Below, in pieces: positions 42,471-51,883 of a stretch of 64,000 bases of DNA. The notes beneath the pieces are model-generated. The model was not told the DNA's origin. It ran no database searches and saw only the letters and a program-made list of their open reading frames with translations. The stretch's first letter is position 1, and every line of letters starts with the position of its first letter. The position numbers and the translations under genes were made by a program. Origin of the DNA: a virus; the IMG/VR virus record IMGVR_UViG_3300027782_000066, positions 1-64,000 of that record; one strand, 5' to 3'.

Positions 42471-43936
42471 TGTCAGACATTATTATCCGAAAGCGCAACG
42501 AAGTATATCTTGAAATTGAATGTGAAGCGCATATTAAATATGAACTTTCGGAATATTTTACGTTTGAAGTTCCTGATGCAAAATTTATGCCACAATTTAA
42601 AAATAGACTGTGGGATGGAAAAATTCGTTTGTTCAGTCCAGCAGAAGGAAAACTTTACATAGGGTTATTATCACATCTTATGGAATGGGCAGGGGAGTGT
42701 GAATACTCCTGTCTGTTTGAAGAAAATCAATTTTACGGTAAACCTAATGAAACAGATCCATTAATCTCACCAGAAGGTGTCAAAGATTATATGGATTACC
42801 TTACCGATAAAATTAAACCTCGTGACTATCAATACGATGCTGTCTATAGAGCATTAAAAAATTATCGCAGAATTATTATATCACCAACTGGATCTGGTAA
42901 GTCATATATGATTTACTCACTAGTAAGATATTTTACTGCTGCTCATCTCAAAACATTAATTATTGTACCAACTATTTCTTTGGTGTCTCAACTCTTTAAT
43001 GATTTTAAAGATTATGGTTGGGATGCTGAGGGTAATTGTCATCAGGTATTTTCTGGTGAGGCAAAGTTATCTGATATGCCTGTAGTCATAACCACTTGGC
43101 AAAGTGTCTACAAACTTCCTAAAAAATATTTTGACAGTTATACTGCTGTTATTGGAGATGAATGCCACACCTTTAAAGCAAAATCTCTTACTGGCATTAT
43201 GACTAAACTTCACGAAGCAAAATATCGTATTGGATTTACTGGAACTTTAGATGGTACTAAAACACATCGCTTAGTTTTGGAAGGTCTGTTTGGGCTTTCA
43301 AACAAAGTAACCAATACTGCTGAGTTAATGAAGAGAGGTCAACTTGCAGATCTTAAAATTAATATTTTATTACTTCAACACGAATCTTATAAATTTGAAA
43401 GTTATCCTGATGAGATGGATTATATTGTAACACATCAGAAAAGAAATACATTTATTAAAAACTTAGTCAAAGATCTTTCGGGTAACTCTTTAGTTCTTTT
43501 CAACTACGTTGAAAAACACGGTGAACCTTTGTATGACATTATAAATAATGATATAGGATCTGAACGTAAAGTTTTCTTTGTTCACGGTGGAGTTGAAGCC
43601 GAAGAACGAGAACAGATTCGTCAATTAACAGAACAACAAAATAATTGTGTAATCATCGCCAGTTACGGAACATTTTCAACTGGCATTAATATTAAAAATT
43701 TACACAATATTGTTTTCGCTTCTCCGAGTAAATCAAGAATTAGAAACCTACAATCAATTGGTAGGGTATTAAGAAAGGGTGATAATAAATCTCAGGCAGT
43801 ATTATATGACATTGCTGATGATTTTTCTAAAGGAAATTATAGAAATTATACTTTAAACCATCTTAAAGAAAGGATTAAGATTTATAATGAGGAGAGTTTT
43901 AATTATGAAATTATCCCAGTAAATATAAAAAAATGA
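42470..43936 (+). CDS. uvsW: SF2 DNA/RNA helicase UvsW
   Basis: 'WDGKIRLF', 'SPTGSGKS', 'DECH', 'LQSIGRVLR'. Confidence 0.96.
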   Translation: MSDIIIRKRNEVYLEIECEAHIKYELSEYFTFEVPDAKFMPQFKNRLWDGKIRLFSPAEGKLYIGLLSHLMEWAGECEYSCLFEENQFYGKPNETDPLISPEGVKDYMDYLTDKIKPRDYQYDAVYRALKNYRRIIISPTGSGKSYMIYSLVRYFTAAHLKTLIIVPTISLVSQLFNDFKDYGWDAEGNCHQVFSGEAKLSDMPVVITTWQSVYKLPKKYFDSYTAVIGDECHTFKAKSLTGIMTKLHEAKYRIGFTGTLDGTKTHRLVLEGLFGLSNKVTNTAELMKRGQLADLKINILLLQHESYKFESYPDEMDYIVTHQKRNTFIKNLVKDLSGNSLVLFNYVEKHGEPLYDIINNDIGSERKVFFVHGGVEAEEREQIRQLTEQQNNCVIIASYGTFSTGINIKNLHNIVFASPSKSRIRNLQSIGRVLRKGDNKSQAVLYDIADDFSKGNYRNYTLNHLKERIKIYNEESFNYEIIPVNIKK

Positions 43937-44340
43937 ATGAAAATCAATTCTTTGCTTCAGTAAAATTAACGACAGGAGAAGAAGTTCTCGGACTTATTAA
44001 ACTAGAACAAGACGGCATACTTATTGAAAATCCTTTGATCTTAGAAGATATGCATATATTTGATGAAGTATCAGAATCTCTATCATCTAAAGGATTGAAA
44101 CTTTCAAAGTGGATTAAATCTTCTACTGAAAATTTATTTTTTATTAAAGATGATAAAATTATTACTATTAGTGAATTGCAAGAACCAGGATTAACTGGTT
44201 ATAAAAGAGCAGCAATAGATATTGAAAGAGATAATCAAAATTTAAATAATCATATTACAAATAAGAAAAAATATGGTGGACATCATAGTAAAGTAAAAGA
44301 TGCTCGTATTAAATTTGAAAAATTATTTAATGATTATTAA
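43933..44340 (+). CDS. Conserved hypothetical protein, Sm-like beta-barrel candidate
   Basis: 'SVKLTTGEEVLG...IENP' motif; position between uvsW and gp55. Confidence 0.7.
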   Translation: MNENQFFASVKLTTGEEVLGLIKLEQDGILIENPLILEDMHIFDEVSESLSSKGLKLSKWIKSSTENLFFIKDDKIITISELQEPGLTGYKRAAIDIERDNQNLNNHITNKKKYGGHHSKVKDARIKFEKLFNDY

Positions 44341-44376
44341 TTAAAGATACTATTGGGTTTCAACCCTGACAGAGTT

Positions 44377-44405
44377 ATCATACTCGTATTTCAGAGTCTT
44401 GTCAA
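44377..44405 (-). promoter_or_regulatory. Antisense sigma70-type promoter TTGACA-N17-TATGAT
   Basis: Reverse complement of tgtcaa (44400-44405) and atcata (44377-44382) with 17-nt spacer. Confidence 0.7.
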
Positions 44406-44428
44406 GCCCCCTTAAAATGTGGTATAAT
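44399..44428 (+). promoter_or_regulatory. Sigma70-type promoter for the gp55 operon (TTGTCA-N18, extended TGnTATAAT)
   Basis: TTGTCA 44399-44404; TGG-TATAAT 44420-44428. Confidence 0.7.
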
Positions 44429-44464
44429 ATGTACATACAAACACTAAACGAGTAATGAGCGTCA

Positions 44465-44941
44465 ATGAGAATCAAAAAAAAGCCAGAGCATTATGTAGAC
44501 AATAAGGAACTTTTATCTGCTCTATCCCTCTACAAAATTAGAGTTAATAGGGCATTGACAGAGGGGACCGCTCGTCCTATCATACCAAACTACATTGGAG
44601 AATGTTTTTTGAAAATTGCCACTCACCTATCATACCGTCCTAATTTTGTCAACTACCCGTTCAGGGAAGATATGATAAGTGATGGTATTGAAAATTGTGT
44701 TCAATATATTGATAGATTTGATACAGAACGTACAAATCCATTTGCTTATTTTACACAAATTATTTACTTTGCTTTCCTTCGAAGAATTCAGAAAGAAAAA
44801 AAACAACTGGAAATAAAATCAAAAATTCTTGAACGATGTGGATACGATGAAGTATTACATGCAGATGTTAATGAATTAAATTTTTCTTCCGCTGATTATA
44901 ACAGCATCAAACACAACATTGAACAAAGAACTAGAAGATGA
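44465..44941 (+). CDS. gp55: Late transcription sigma factor gp55
   Basis: 'HYVDNKE', 'YIGECFLKIA.HLSYRPNF', 'NPFAYFTQIIYFAFLRRI'. Confidence 0.96.
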   Translation: MRIKKKPEHYVDNKELLSALSLYKIRVNRALTEGTARPIIPNYIGECFLKIATHLSYRPNFVNYPFREDMISDGIENCVQYIDRFDTERTNPFAYFTQIIYFAFLRRIQKEKKQLEIKSKILERCGYDEVLHADVNELNFSSADYNSIKHNIEQRTRR

Positions 44942-45984
44942 AAGTTGCTCTGCTTACAGATACACATTATGGGTTTAAGAAAGGTAATCAAGATTTCCAT
45001 GATTACTTTTTAAAATTTTATAATGATGTATTTTTTCCTACTTTAAAAAAAGAAAAAATTAAGCACGTTATTCATATGGGTGACGTGTTTGATATTCGTA
45101 AAAATATTGATTTTTGGAGTTTGAATTGGGCAAAGAAAAATATCTTTAAACCATTAGAAGAGATGGGTATCACTTGTGATCTTCTTGTTGGTAATCACGA
45201 TAGTTTTTATAAGAACACTCTAGAAATTAACTCTCTGGAGTGTTTGCTTTTGGAGTTTGCTAATCTTAAGGTCTTCAGTAAACCTTCAGAAGTTACTGTA
45301 GACAAAACTAAACTGATGTATGTTCCTTGGATTTGTCAAGATAATGAGGAACAAACTCTTAATCTTATTCAAGATACTGAAGCAAAGGTAGTATTGGGTC
45401 ACTTAGAACTCAAAGGTTTCACTGCTAATCCAGGATGGACTTGTGAGCACGGCTATGATGCATCTATCTTTGATAAGTTTGAGTTAGTAATGTCTGGGCA
45501 TTTCCATACTCGCAGTAAGAAAAGTAATGTTCAGTATGTCGGAAATTCATATCAGATGTATTGGAATGACTATAATGATAAGCGTGGGTTTAATATCTTT
45601 GATACTGATACTCAAAAACTTAAGTTTTATGAAAATCCCTATCAGATGTTTCATAAAATATTTTATGATGATATTAAGAATGAGTATTATGATGTTGACT
45701 TTGAGCAATATAGAGATACTTGTATTAAGTTAATTGTAGAAAACAAAACTGATTATACGCAATTTGATCACGTTATTACTAATCTTCAAGATGTCGTAAT
45801 TGATCTTAAAGTAATTGAAGATTTTTCAGTCGAAGGTGAGACAGACGATGATATTGAACTGGAGCATGAAGATACATTGACTATTCTAGAAAAATATATT
45901 GACGAAATGAATACCAGTTTAAATAATGTAAAGATTAAAGAAATTATGAAATCACTTTACGTTGAGGCATTGGAGGTGGTATAA
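44938..45984 (+). CDS. gp47: Recombination endonuclease subunit gp47 (Mre11/SbcD-like)
   Basis: Metallophosphoesterase motifs 'TDTHYG', 'GDVFD', 'GNHD', 'SGHFH'. Confidence 0.95.
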   Translation: MKVALLTDTHYGFKKGNQDFHDYFLKFYNDVFFPTLKKEKIKHVIHMGDVFDIRKNIDFWSLNWAKKNIFKPLEEMGITCDLLVGNHDSFYKNTLEINSLECLLLEFANLKVFSKPSEVTVDKTKLMYVPWICQDNEEQTLNLIQDTEAKVVLGHLELKGFTANPGWTCEHGYDASIFDKFELVMSGHFHTRSKKSNVQYVGNSYQMYWNDYNDKRGFNIFDTDTQKLKFYENPYQMFHKIFYDDIKNEYYDVDFEQYRDTCIKLIVENKTDYTQFDHVITNLQDVVIDLKVIEDFSVEGETDDDIELEHEDTLTILEKYIDEMNTSLNNVKIKEIMKSLYVEALEVV

Positions 45985-46250
45985 TGTATATTCTATGCCT
46001 TGACGGGAAAGAAGATGAAGGTGCTTATGCAATGGCAAATAGTAATGGCGAAAAAACTCTTTTGATTTTTGAAGAAGAGGATGATGCCGACCGATATATT
46101 GGAATGCTTGAAGCAGATGACTTTGCTGCTTTAGTTGCTGTAGAAGTTGACGTTGATTCTATGATTAATATGTGTAAACATACTGGATATGAATTTATGA
46201 TCATATCTCCCAATGAACTTGTAATTCCACCTTCTCATAATAATTTATGA
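45984..46250 (+). CDS. Conserved hypothetical protein (cyanobacterial/cyanophage 'FEEEDDADRY' family)
   Basis: 'EGAYA...LIFEEEDDADRY.GMLEA...LVIPP' between gp47 and gp46. Confidence 0.75.
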   Translation: MYILCLDGKEDEGAYAMANSNGEKTLLIFEEEDDADRYIGMLEADDFAALVAVEVDVDSMINMCKHTGYEFMIISPNELVIPPSHNNL

Positions 46251-47980
46251 TTATCTTTAAAACTATTCGCTTTAAGAACTTTCTTTCAAGTGGTAATAAT
46301 TTCACAGAAATTTCCTTAAATTCTCATAGCAATAATATTATCATTGGAACTAATGGAGCAGGTAAGAGTACCATTTTAGATGCTCTTACTTTTGGTTTGT
46401 TTAATAAACCTTTTCGTAAGATTAACAAACCACAACTAGTTAATTCTATCAATGGTAAAGATTGTTTAGTGGAAATTGAATTTTGTATTGCTAAGAAAGA
46501 ATATAAGGTTATTCGTGGGATGAAACCCAATGTGTTTGAAGTTTATGTGAATGGAAAAATGCTTGACCAAGATGCTGCTACTGTAGATCAGCAGAAATTT
46601 TTAGAGCAAACTATTCTTAAACTGAACTATAAATCATTCACGCAAATTGTTGTACTTGGTTCTAGTACTTTTGTTCCTTTCATGCAACTGCCACTGGCAT
46701 CTCGCAGGGAAATCATTGAGGATCTTTTGGATATTCAAGTATTCAGTATTATGAATACTAATCTAAAAGAAAGAATGAAACAATTAATGGATGATATTCG
46801 CCTCACTGATAGTAATATTGATCTTGCTAAACATAAAATTGGAACACAGAAAAATCTGATTGTAGAATTAGAAAATAAAAGTGACAGTATCGTTCTAGAT
46901 AAGTCAAATAAGATTGATGAATTTTCTAAGCAAAGCAATTTGCTTCTTAAAGAAAATAAAGATCTGAATATTTACATAACTGAAAAGCAATCCCTGCTTG
47001 ATAATCAAGATAAAATTTCCAATAAGTTTGATAATTTAAAAGAAATAAAATATAAATTTAAAAATAAAGTTTCAAATCTAATTAAAGAAAACAAATTTTA
47101 TAATGAAAATGACAACTGCCCCACCTGTAAACAAATCTTAGATGAAAGTTTTAAGTTAGAAAAGATTGCTAAGAACTCCAGTACTCTGAAAGAGACAGAG
47201 AATGCTTGGACTGAGTTAGAAACCGAAATGCAAAAGGTCGGAGAGCAATTAGATAATTTTAAAATAATTAATTCGGATATTCAAACCAGATATTTACAGA
47301 TTGATAAAAACAATAGTATGATTAATCATCTACAAAGACAGATTACTCAACTAGAAAAGGAAATTGATGATGTTCAAGATCAAAAAAATACTTCTAATAA
47401 AGAGAAGGAAGTTCTTGAGAAATTGAATTCTCAATTAGTAGCATACGAAGAAATTCTTATTGATTATAAACAGAACAAAGATTATTATAGTCTCTGTTCA
47501 AACTTGCTGAAAGATACTGGTATTAAAACCAAGATCATCAAACGGTATTTGCCTGTAATGAATAAACTTATTAATCAGTTTCTTCAGCAAATGGATTTCT
47601 TTGTAAACTTTACTCTCAGTGAAAGTTTTGAAGAAACTATTAAGTCTCGTTATCGAGATGACTTTAGTTATCCATCATTCTCGGAAGGTGAAAAATCTCG
47701 TATTGATATCGCTCTGATGTTGACTTGGCGTTCTATAGCAAAACTTAAGAACAGCGTGGACACCAACCTGCTGATCCTAGACGAAATCTTTGACAGCTCA
47801 CTTGACAACACGGGCACTGATGAGTTATCATTTATATTGAGGAACTTCACCACCGACGTAAACCTCTTCATCATTTCCCATCGGGAGCATATGGTTGATA
47901 AGTTTGATAGGGTTCTTAAATTCAACAAAGTGAAAAATTTTAGTAAAATGGAGGAATTGACAAATGCAATGGAAGTATAA
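46247..47980 (+). CDS. gp46: Recombination endonuclease ATPase subunit gp46 (Rad50/SbcC-like)
   Basis: 'GTNGAGKST', zinc hook 'CPTC', 'FSEGEK', 'LILDEIFD'. Confidence 0.96.
   Translation: MIIFKTIRFKNFLSSGNNFTEISLNSHSNNIIIGTNGAGKSTILDALTFGLFNKPFRKINKPQLVNSINGKDCLVEIEFCIAKKEYKVIRGMKPNVFEVYVNGKMLDQDAATVDQQKFLEQTILKLNYKSFTQIVVLGSSTFVPFMQLPLASRREIIEDLLDIQVFSIMNTNLKERMKQLMDDIRLTDSNIDLAKHKIGTQKNLIVELENKSDSIVLDKSNKIDEFSKQSNLLLKENKDLNIYITEKQSLLDNQDKISNKFDNLKEIKYKFKNKVSNLIKENKFYNENDNCPTCKQILDESFKLEKIAKNSSTLKETENAWTELETEMQKVGEQLDNFKIINSDIQTRYLQIDKNNSMINHLQRQITQLEKEIDDVQDQKNTSNKEKEVLEKLNSQLVAYEEILIDYKQNKDYYSLCSNLLKDTGIKTKIIKRYLPVMNKLINQFLQQMDFFVNFTLSESFEETIKSRYRDDFSYPSFSEGEKSRIDIALMLTWRSIAKLKNSVDTNLLILDEIFDSSLDNTGTDELSFILRNFTTDVNLFIISHREHMVDKFDRVLKFNKVKNFSKMEELTNAMEV
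47802..47831 (+). promoter_or_regulatory. Possible internal sigma70 promoter within gp46
   Basis: TTGACA 47802-47807, 18-nt spacer, TATCAT 47826-47831, upstream of the gp45 block. Confidence 0.35.
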
Positions 47981-48275
47981 TGAGGATAAAATTCTCAAGG
48001 ACATTGAAGATTATATTGCGAGTACCTATGGTAGTCATTACTGCGGTCACGGAGAAGAATATAAAGATATTCAAACAATTGATTTGATGGCAGCAAAAGA
48101 CTTGGCATCAGATTTCTGTCAAGCAAACATCATCAAATATGGTAGTCGTTATGGAGACAAGGATGGTCACAGCAAGCGGGACTTGCTAAAAGTAATCCAC
48201 TATGCTATGCTGTTACTTCACTTCGACCGTCACTACAGTCGTACAGAAAACGGTCTCTCTGAATTCAAATTTTAA
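47964..48275 (+). CDS. Conserved hypothetical protein (T7 gp1.7/SaV-like nucleotide kinase candidate)
   Basis: 'SHY...FCQANIIKY.SRY..K....DLLK.IHY' pattern. Confidence 0.6.
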   Translation: MQWKYNEDKILKDIEDYIASTYGSHYCGHGEEYKDIQTIDLMAAKDLASDFCQANIIKYGSRYGDKDGHSKRDLLKVIHYAMLLLHFDRHYSRTENGLSEFKF

Positions 48276-48277
48276 TT

Positions 48278-48937
48278 ATGAAATTATCTGAAAGCACATT
48301 CAACATTCTCAAGAACTTTTCTAATATCAATCAATCTATTTCTGTCAAGTCAGGCAATACTCTTCGCACCATTTCTGTTGCCGAGAATATTTTCTGTGTG
48401 GCACAGGTAGAAGAAGATTTTCCTCGTGACTTCTCACTCTATGATCTTAATGAGTTTCTGGGTGGTATTTCTTTACTGAAGAATGCTGAAATGGTATTTG
48501 ATGACCACGACTTTGTTCGCATCAAGACCAATCGTTCACAAATTAAATATTTCTTTTCTGACCCTAGTTTGATTAAGCAAGCACCAGAGAAAGATATTTC
48601 TATGCCCGATGAGGATGTAAAATTCTCATTGTCTGAAGCAGATCTTAACAGTGTTATTCGTGCTGCTTGTGTATATCAACTTTCAGATTTTTCTGTGGTT
48701 GGTGATGGTAAAGATATCAGTATTGTTGCTCGTGATAAGGACAATGATACTTCAAATACTTTCTCTATTTCTGTTGGTGCTACCAATGAAGATTTTGTAT
48801 TCAATCTTAAAGTAGAGAATATTAAACTTCTCAAAGGTGATTATCACGTCACCATTTCTAAGAAACTGATTAGTAAATTTGTTCATCAAACAATTCCTCT
48901 TGTGTATTATATCGCACTAGAACCTGACTCTAACTGA
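48278..48937 (+). CDS. gp45: DNA polymerase sliding clamp gp45
   Basis: 'MKLSESTFNILKNFSNINQSI', 'YDLNEFL', 'YYIALEPDS'. Confidence 0.96.
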   Translation: MKLSESTFNILKNFSNINQSISVKSGNTLRTISVAENIFCVAQVEEDFPRDFSLYDLNEFLGGISLLKNAEMVFDDHDFVRIKTNRSQIKYFFSDPSLIKQAPEKDISMPDEDVKFSLSEADLNSVIRAACVYQLSDFSVVGDGKDISIVARDKDNDTSNTFSISVGATNEDFVFNLKVENIKLLKGDYHVTISKKLISKFVHQTIPLVYYIALEPDSN

Positions 48938-48954
48938 CCTTTACCCCCTTTATA

Positions 48955-49896
48955 ATGAACCATAAATATCTCTGGGTGGAGAAATACCGCCCACAGACGA
49001 TTGAAGAATGCATCCTTCCCGAGAGTATTAAACGGGACCTTCAACAACAGGTTGCTGCTGGTGAGTTGAATAATCTTCTTCTCACGGGTCCTCCTGGTGT
49101 AGGTAAAACAACTGCCGCTAAGGCACTCTGTAACGAACTCAACCTATCTCATATTGTAATCAATGGATCTGATGAAGGACGATTTTTGGACACGGTACGG
49201 AACCAAGCAAAGCAGTTTGCTACGACCGTATCACTTCAAGGAACTAAGCACAAGGTCATCATTATTGATGAAGCAGATAACACAGGGAACGATGTACAAC
49301 TCCTACTTAGGAGTAGTATTGAGGTGTATCATAGCAACTGCAGATTCATCTTCACCTGCAACTACAAAAACAAAATCATTGAACCCATCCAATCAAGATG
49401 TTCAGTCATTGATTTTACATACAAACGAAAAGAACGAGCGTCCGTCGCTTCTCAATTCTTTAAGAGAGTACAGGAAATCTTGGTTGCAGAGGGTGTTGAG
49501 TATGATCCGAAGGTAGTTGCTGAACTGATTCAGAAACACTTCCCTGATTGGAGGCGTGTTCTAAATCAACTTCAGAAGTACGGTAATACTGGTTCTATTA
49601 ACACTGGTATTCTTACAGAAGTTTCTGATGTTAATCTTCAAGAACTTTTGAGTGCTTTAAAAAATAAAGAGTTTGGAACTGTTCGTAAGTGGGTAGTCGC
49701 AAATTTGGATAATGATTTCAATATGATTATTCATCGCATCTACGAAGCATTATATAATGTTCTTGTAGAAAATACTATTCCTGCTGCAGTTCTTATTATT
49801 GCTAAGTATCAGTACCAGGCGGCATTTGCTGCTGATCAGGAGATTAATCTTCTTGCCTGTCTTATAGAAATCATGATGGAGTGTCAATTTAAATGA
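48955..49896 (+). CDS. gp44: Clamp loader large subunit gp44
   Basis: 'LWVEKYRP', 'GPPGVGKT', 'IIDEAD', 'SRC'. Confidence 0.97.
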   Translation: MNHKYLWVEKYRPQTIEECILPESIKRDLQQQVAAGELNNLLLTGPPGVGKTTAAKALCNELNLSHIVINGSDEGRFLDTVRNQAKQFATTVSLQGTKHKVIIIDEADNTGNDVQLLLRSSIEVYHSNCRFIFTCNYKNKIIEPIQSRCSVIDFTYKRKERASVASQFFKRVQEILVAEGVEYDPKVVAELIQKHFPDWRRVLNQLQKYGNTGSINTGILTEVSDVNLQELLSALKNKEFGTVRKWVVANLDNDFNMIIHRIYEALYNVLVENTIPAAVLIIAKYQYQAAFAADQEINLLACLIEIMMECQFK

Positions 49897-50180
49897 ATGT
49901 AAAACTTATTCGTATGTCCTCTGGTGAGGATGTCATTGCTGATGTAGTAACTGAATTAGATGAATTTATTAGAATTCAAAATGCTATTGTAGGTGTACCT
50001 ACAGGGCAAGGAACATTAGCATTTGCTCCTTGGTCTCCTATGATTAGTAAAAAAGATAAAGAAATTGTTGTAGATCGTAGGTTCATAGTTTATATTGCTA
50101 GGGCAGATGAAAAAATTGTTGAGCAATACATGCAAATGTTTTCAGTAATTTCAACTTCAACCAAGAAACTTATTATTTGA
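49893..50180 (+). CDS. Conserved hypothetical protein, Sm-like candidate
   Basis: 'VKLIRMSSGEDVIA...FAPWSP...Y..MFS...KKLII'. Confidence 0.7.
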   Translation: MNVKLIRMSSGEDVIADVVTELDEFIRIQNAIVGVPTGQGTLAFAPWSPMISKKDKEIVVDRRFIVYIARADEKIVEQYMQMFSVISTSTKKLII

Positions 50181-50216
50181 TGAAATCTTTAAACCTTGAC
50201 CTTCCAATTATTAACT

Positions 50217-50432
50217 ATGACTAAAGAATCTTATTTCGTTATTGCTAAAAACGGTGTTGCTCAACTCCGTAGTTTGTCTGGTCCTGTTGCCACATTTGGT
50301 AAGGATGTTTCTTCTGCCGTAATTCAGGGAGATAACATTGTAGTTACTCAGTATAATGGTACTATACAGATCTTCCAATTCACTGCATCTGGTAAAGGTG
50401 TGATGGGTCCTATTCGTACAATTAAATCATGA
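50217..50432 (+). CDS. Small beta-rich hypothetical protein
   Basis: ATG 50217 in frame with ORF 50196..50432; ATGA overlap with gp62. Confidence 0.6.
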   Translation: MTKESYFVIAKNGVAQLRSLSGPVATFGKDVSSAVIQGDNIVVTQYNGTIQIFQFTASGKGVMGPIRTIKS

Positions 50433-50809
50433 AAACTGAACTGAAGCATTGGTTGAATTCCATCAACCACGAAAAAGAAAATATTATGACGGAGGATAAT
50501 AAAAAAGAATATCCTCCTTTTATTATCAATCGTTGTCTCTCTGGTTTCATTGATACAGTTATGGCGGCAAATGAAATGAATATTAATCATCACCTTTCTT
50601 CCGAACTACAATATCACTTCTTACTAAATAATATCAGACCAAAAAGAAGATTTTCTCCGTGGTTGAAAAAAGAAAAATTAGATGATCTTGAAGTAGTCAA
50701 ATCTTATTATCACTATAGTGATGAGAAAGCAAAATCTGCTTTAAATATTCTTTCTAATGATCAACTTAATTCTATTAAACTGAAACAAATTAGAGGTGGA
50801 AAACAATGA
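50429..50809 (+). CDS. gp62: Clamp loader small subunit gp62
   Basis: 'LKHWLNSIN', 'YPPFIINRCLS', 'RRFSPWLKK'. Confidence 0.93.
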   Translation: MKTELKHWLNSINHEKENIMTEDNKKEYPPFIINRCLSGFIDTVMAANEMNINHHLSSELQYHFLLNNIRPKRRFSPWLKKEKLDDLEVVKSYYHYSDEKAKSALNILSNDQLNSIKLKQIRGGKQ

Positions 50810-51243
50810 CAACAGCAACTGATATTGAAGTATCTTGGACACCAGATCAAATGGTCGAAGTTACTTTGGCTGAACCTGATGATTTTCTTAAAGTACGTGA
50901 AACGCTGACCCGTATTGGAGTTGCCTCACGTAAAGAAAAGAAACTCTATCAGAGCTGTCATATTCTGCATAAACAAGGACGATACTATATTGTTCATTTT
51001 AAAGAACTGTTTGCACTTGATGGTAAACATTCTAATCTAACACTGAATGATGTTCAACGTCGTAATCGTATTACTCAACTATTAGTTGATTGGGAATTGA
51101 TTAGTGTAATTAAACCTGATCAGATTGAGGATGTATCACCGCTCAATCAAATCAAAGTCATTGCATATAAAGAGAAGAGTGAATGGATTTTGGAAGCAAA
51201 GTATAACATTGGTAAGAAAAGAGTAGTGCCAACCGAAGAATAA
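50806..51243 (+). CDS. regA: Translational repressor RegA
   Basis: 'DDFLKVRETLTRIGVAS', 'LYQSCHILHKQGRYYIVHFKELF'. Confidence 0.97.
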   Translation: MTTATDIEVSWTPDQMVEVTLAEPDDFLKVRETLTRIGVASRKEKKLYQSCHILHKQGRYYIVHFKELFALDGKHSNLTLNDVQRRNRITQLLVDWELISVIKPDQIEDVSPLNQIKVIAYKEKSEWILEAKYNIGKKRVVPTEE

Positions 51244-51283
51244 TATACGGGGGCTTCTACCCTCTTGTTTTATAAAATGTGGT

Positions 51284-51345
51284 TAAATAGTAATGTCGCC
51301 TTCGGGGACAACTAAACTAACTACAGACGCTTAAGGAGGTCTACT
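51284..51345 (+). promoter_or_regulatory. hsp20 leader: TAAATA late-type motif plus two hairpins, the second covering the SD
   Basis: tgtc(g)cc-ttcg-gggaca 51294-51310; agac(g)ctt-aag-gaggtct 51325-51342. Confidence 0.55.
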
Positions 51346-51786
51346 ATGTTCACTACTACTAACGTGGTCAAATATAATGTCACAGACATTGATAAACTTT
51401 TAAATGATGCTAATAGATTTGGGATTGGAATGGATGAATGGATTCGTAGGTTTGCTACAGTACACGAATCAACGCCAAATTTTCCACCATACAATCTTAT
51501 TCAAGAAAGTTCTACCCAGTATATTTTAGAAATTGCTCTGGCTGGATACAGAAAAGAGGACATTGAAGTTTCCACTGAATGGAATAAACTCTTTGTTGAA
51601 TGTAAAAAATCAGAAGATGAATCTGAATATTTACATAATGGTATTGCTAAGAGAGCATTTACTCGCACTTGGACTTTATCTGATGATGTAGAAATTGGTA
51701 ATGTAAATTTTGCTGATGGTCTTCTGACTATTACACTTAATCGTATCATTCCAGAACATCAGAAGAAAAAAACATATACGTTATAA
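51346..51786 (+). CDS. hsp20: Small heat shock protein Hsp20
   Basis: 'NFPPYNL', 'LEIALAG', 'YLHNGIAKRAFTRTW.L', 'DGLLTI' alpha-crystallin domain. Confidence 0.95.
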   Translation: MFTTTNVVKYNVTDIDKLLNDANRFGIGMDEWIRRFATVHESTPNFPPYNLIQESSTQYILEIALAGYRKEDIEVSTEWNKLFVECKKSEDESEYLHNGIAKRAFTRTWTLSDDVEIGNVNFADGLLTITLNRIIPEHQKKKTYTL

Positions 51787-51796
51787 TAAATAGTAT

Positions 51797-51858
51797 TGAG
51801 CTAACTATCGTTGCCACTGGAGCCTCCCTGCCAAATAACAGGGGTGGCTCCTTTTTTT
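51797..51858 (+). ncRNA. Candidate ~60-nt late small RNA (also serves as hsp20 terminator)
   Basis: ATAAATA 51786-51792, ~22-nt unpaired leader, hairpin ggagcc-tccctg...caggg-gt-ggctcc 51819-51851, T7; no ORF. Confidence 0.45.
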
Positions 51859-51865
51859 ATAAATA
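51858..51865 (+). promoter_or_regulatory. T4-type late promoter TATAAATA
   Basis: Exact consensus overlapping the terminator T run. Confidence 0.75.
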
Positions 51866-51883
51866 AAAATAAACTCCTGCCTG

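Noticed and set aside
50190-50225. Sigma70 promoter from TTGACC at 50196
   Set aside because: No acceptable -10 hexamer at 16-18 nt spacing
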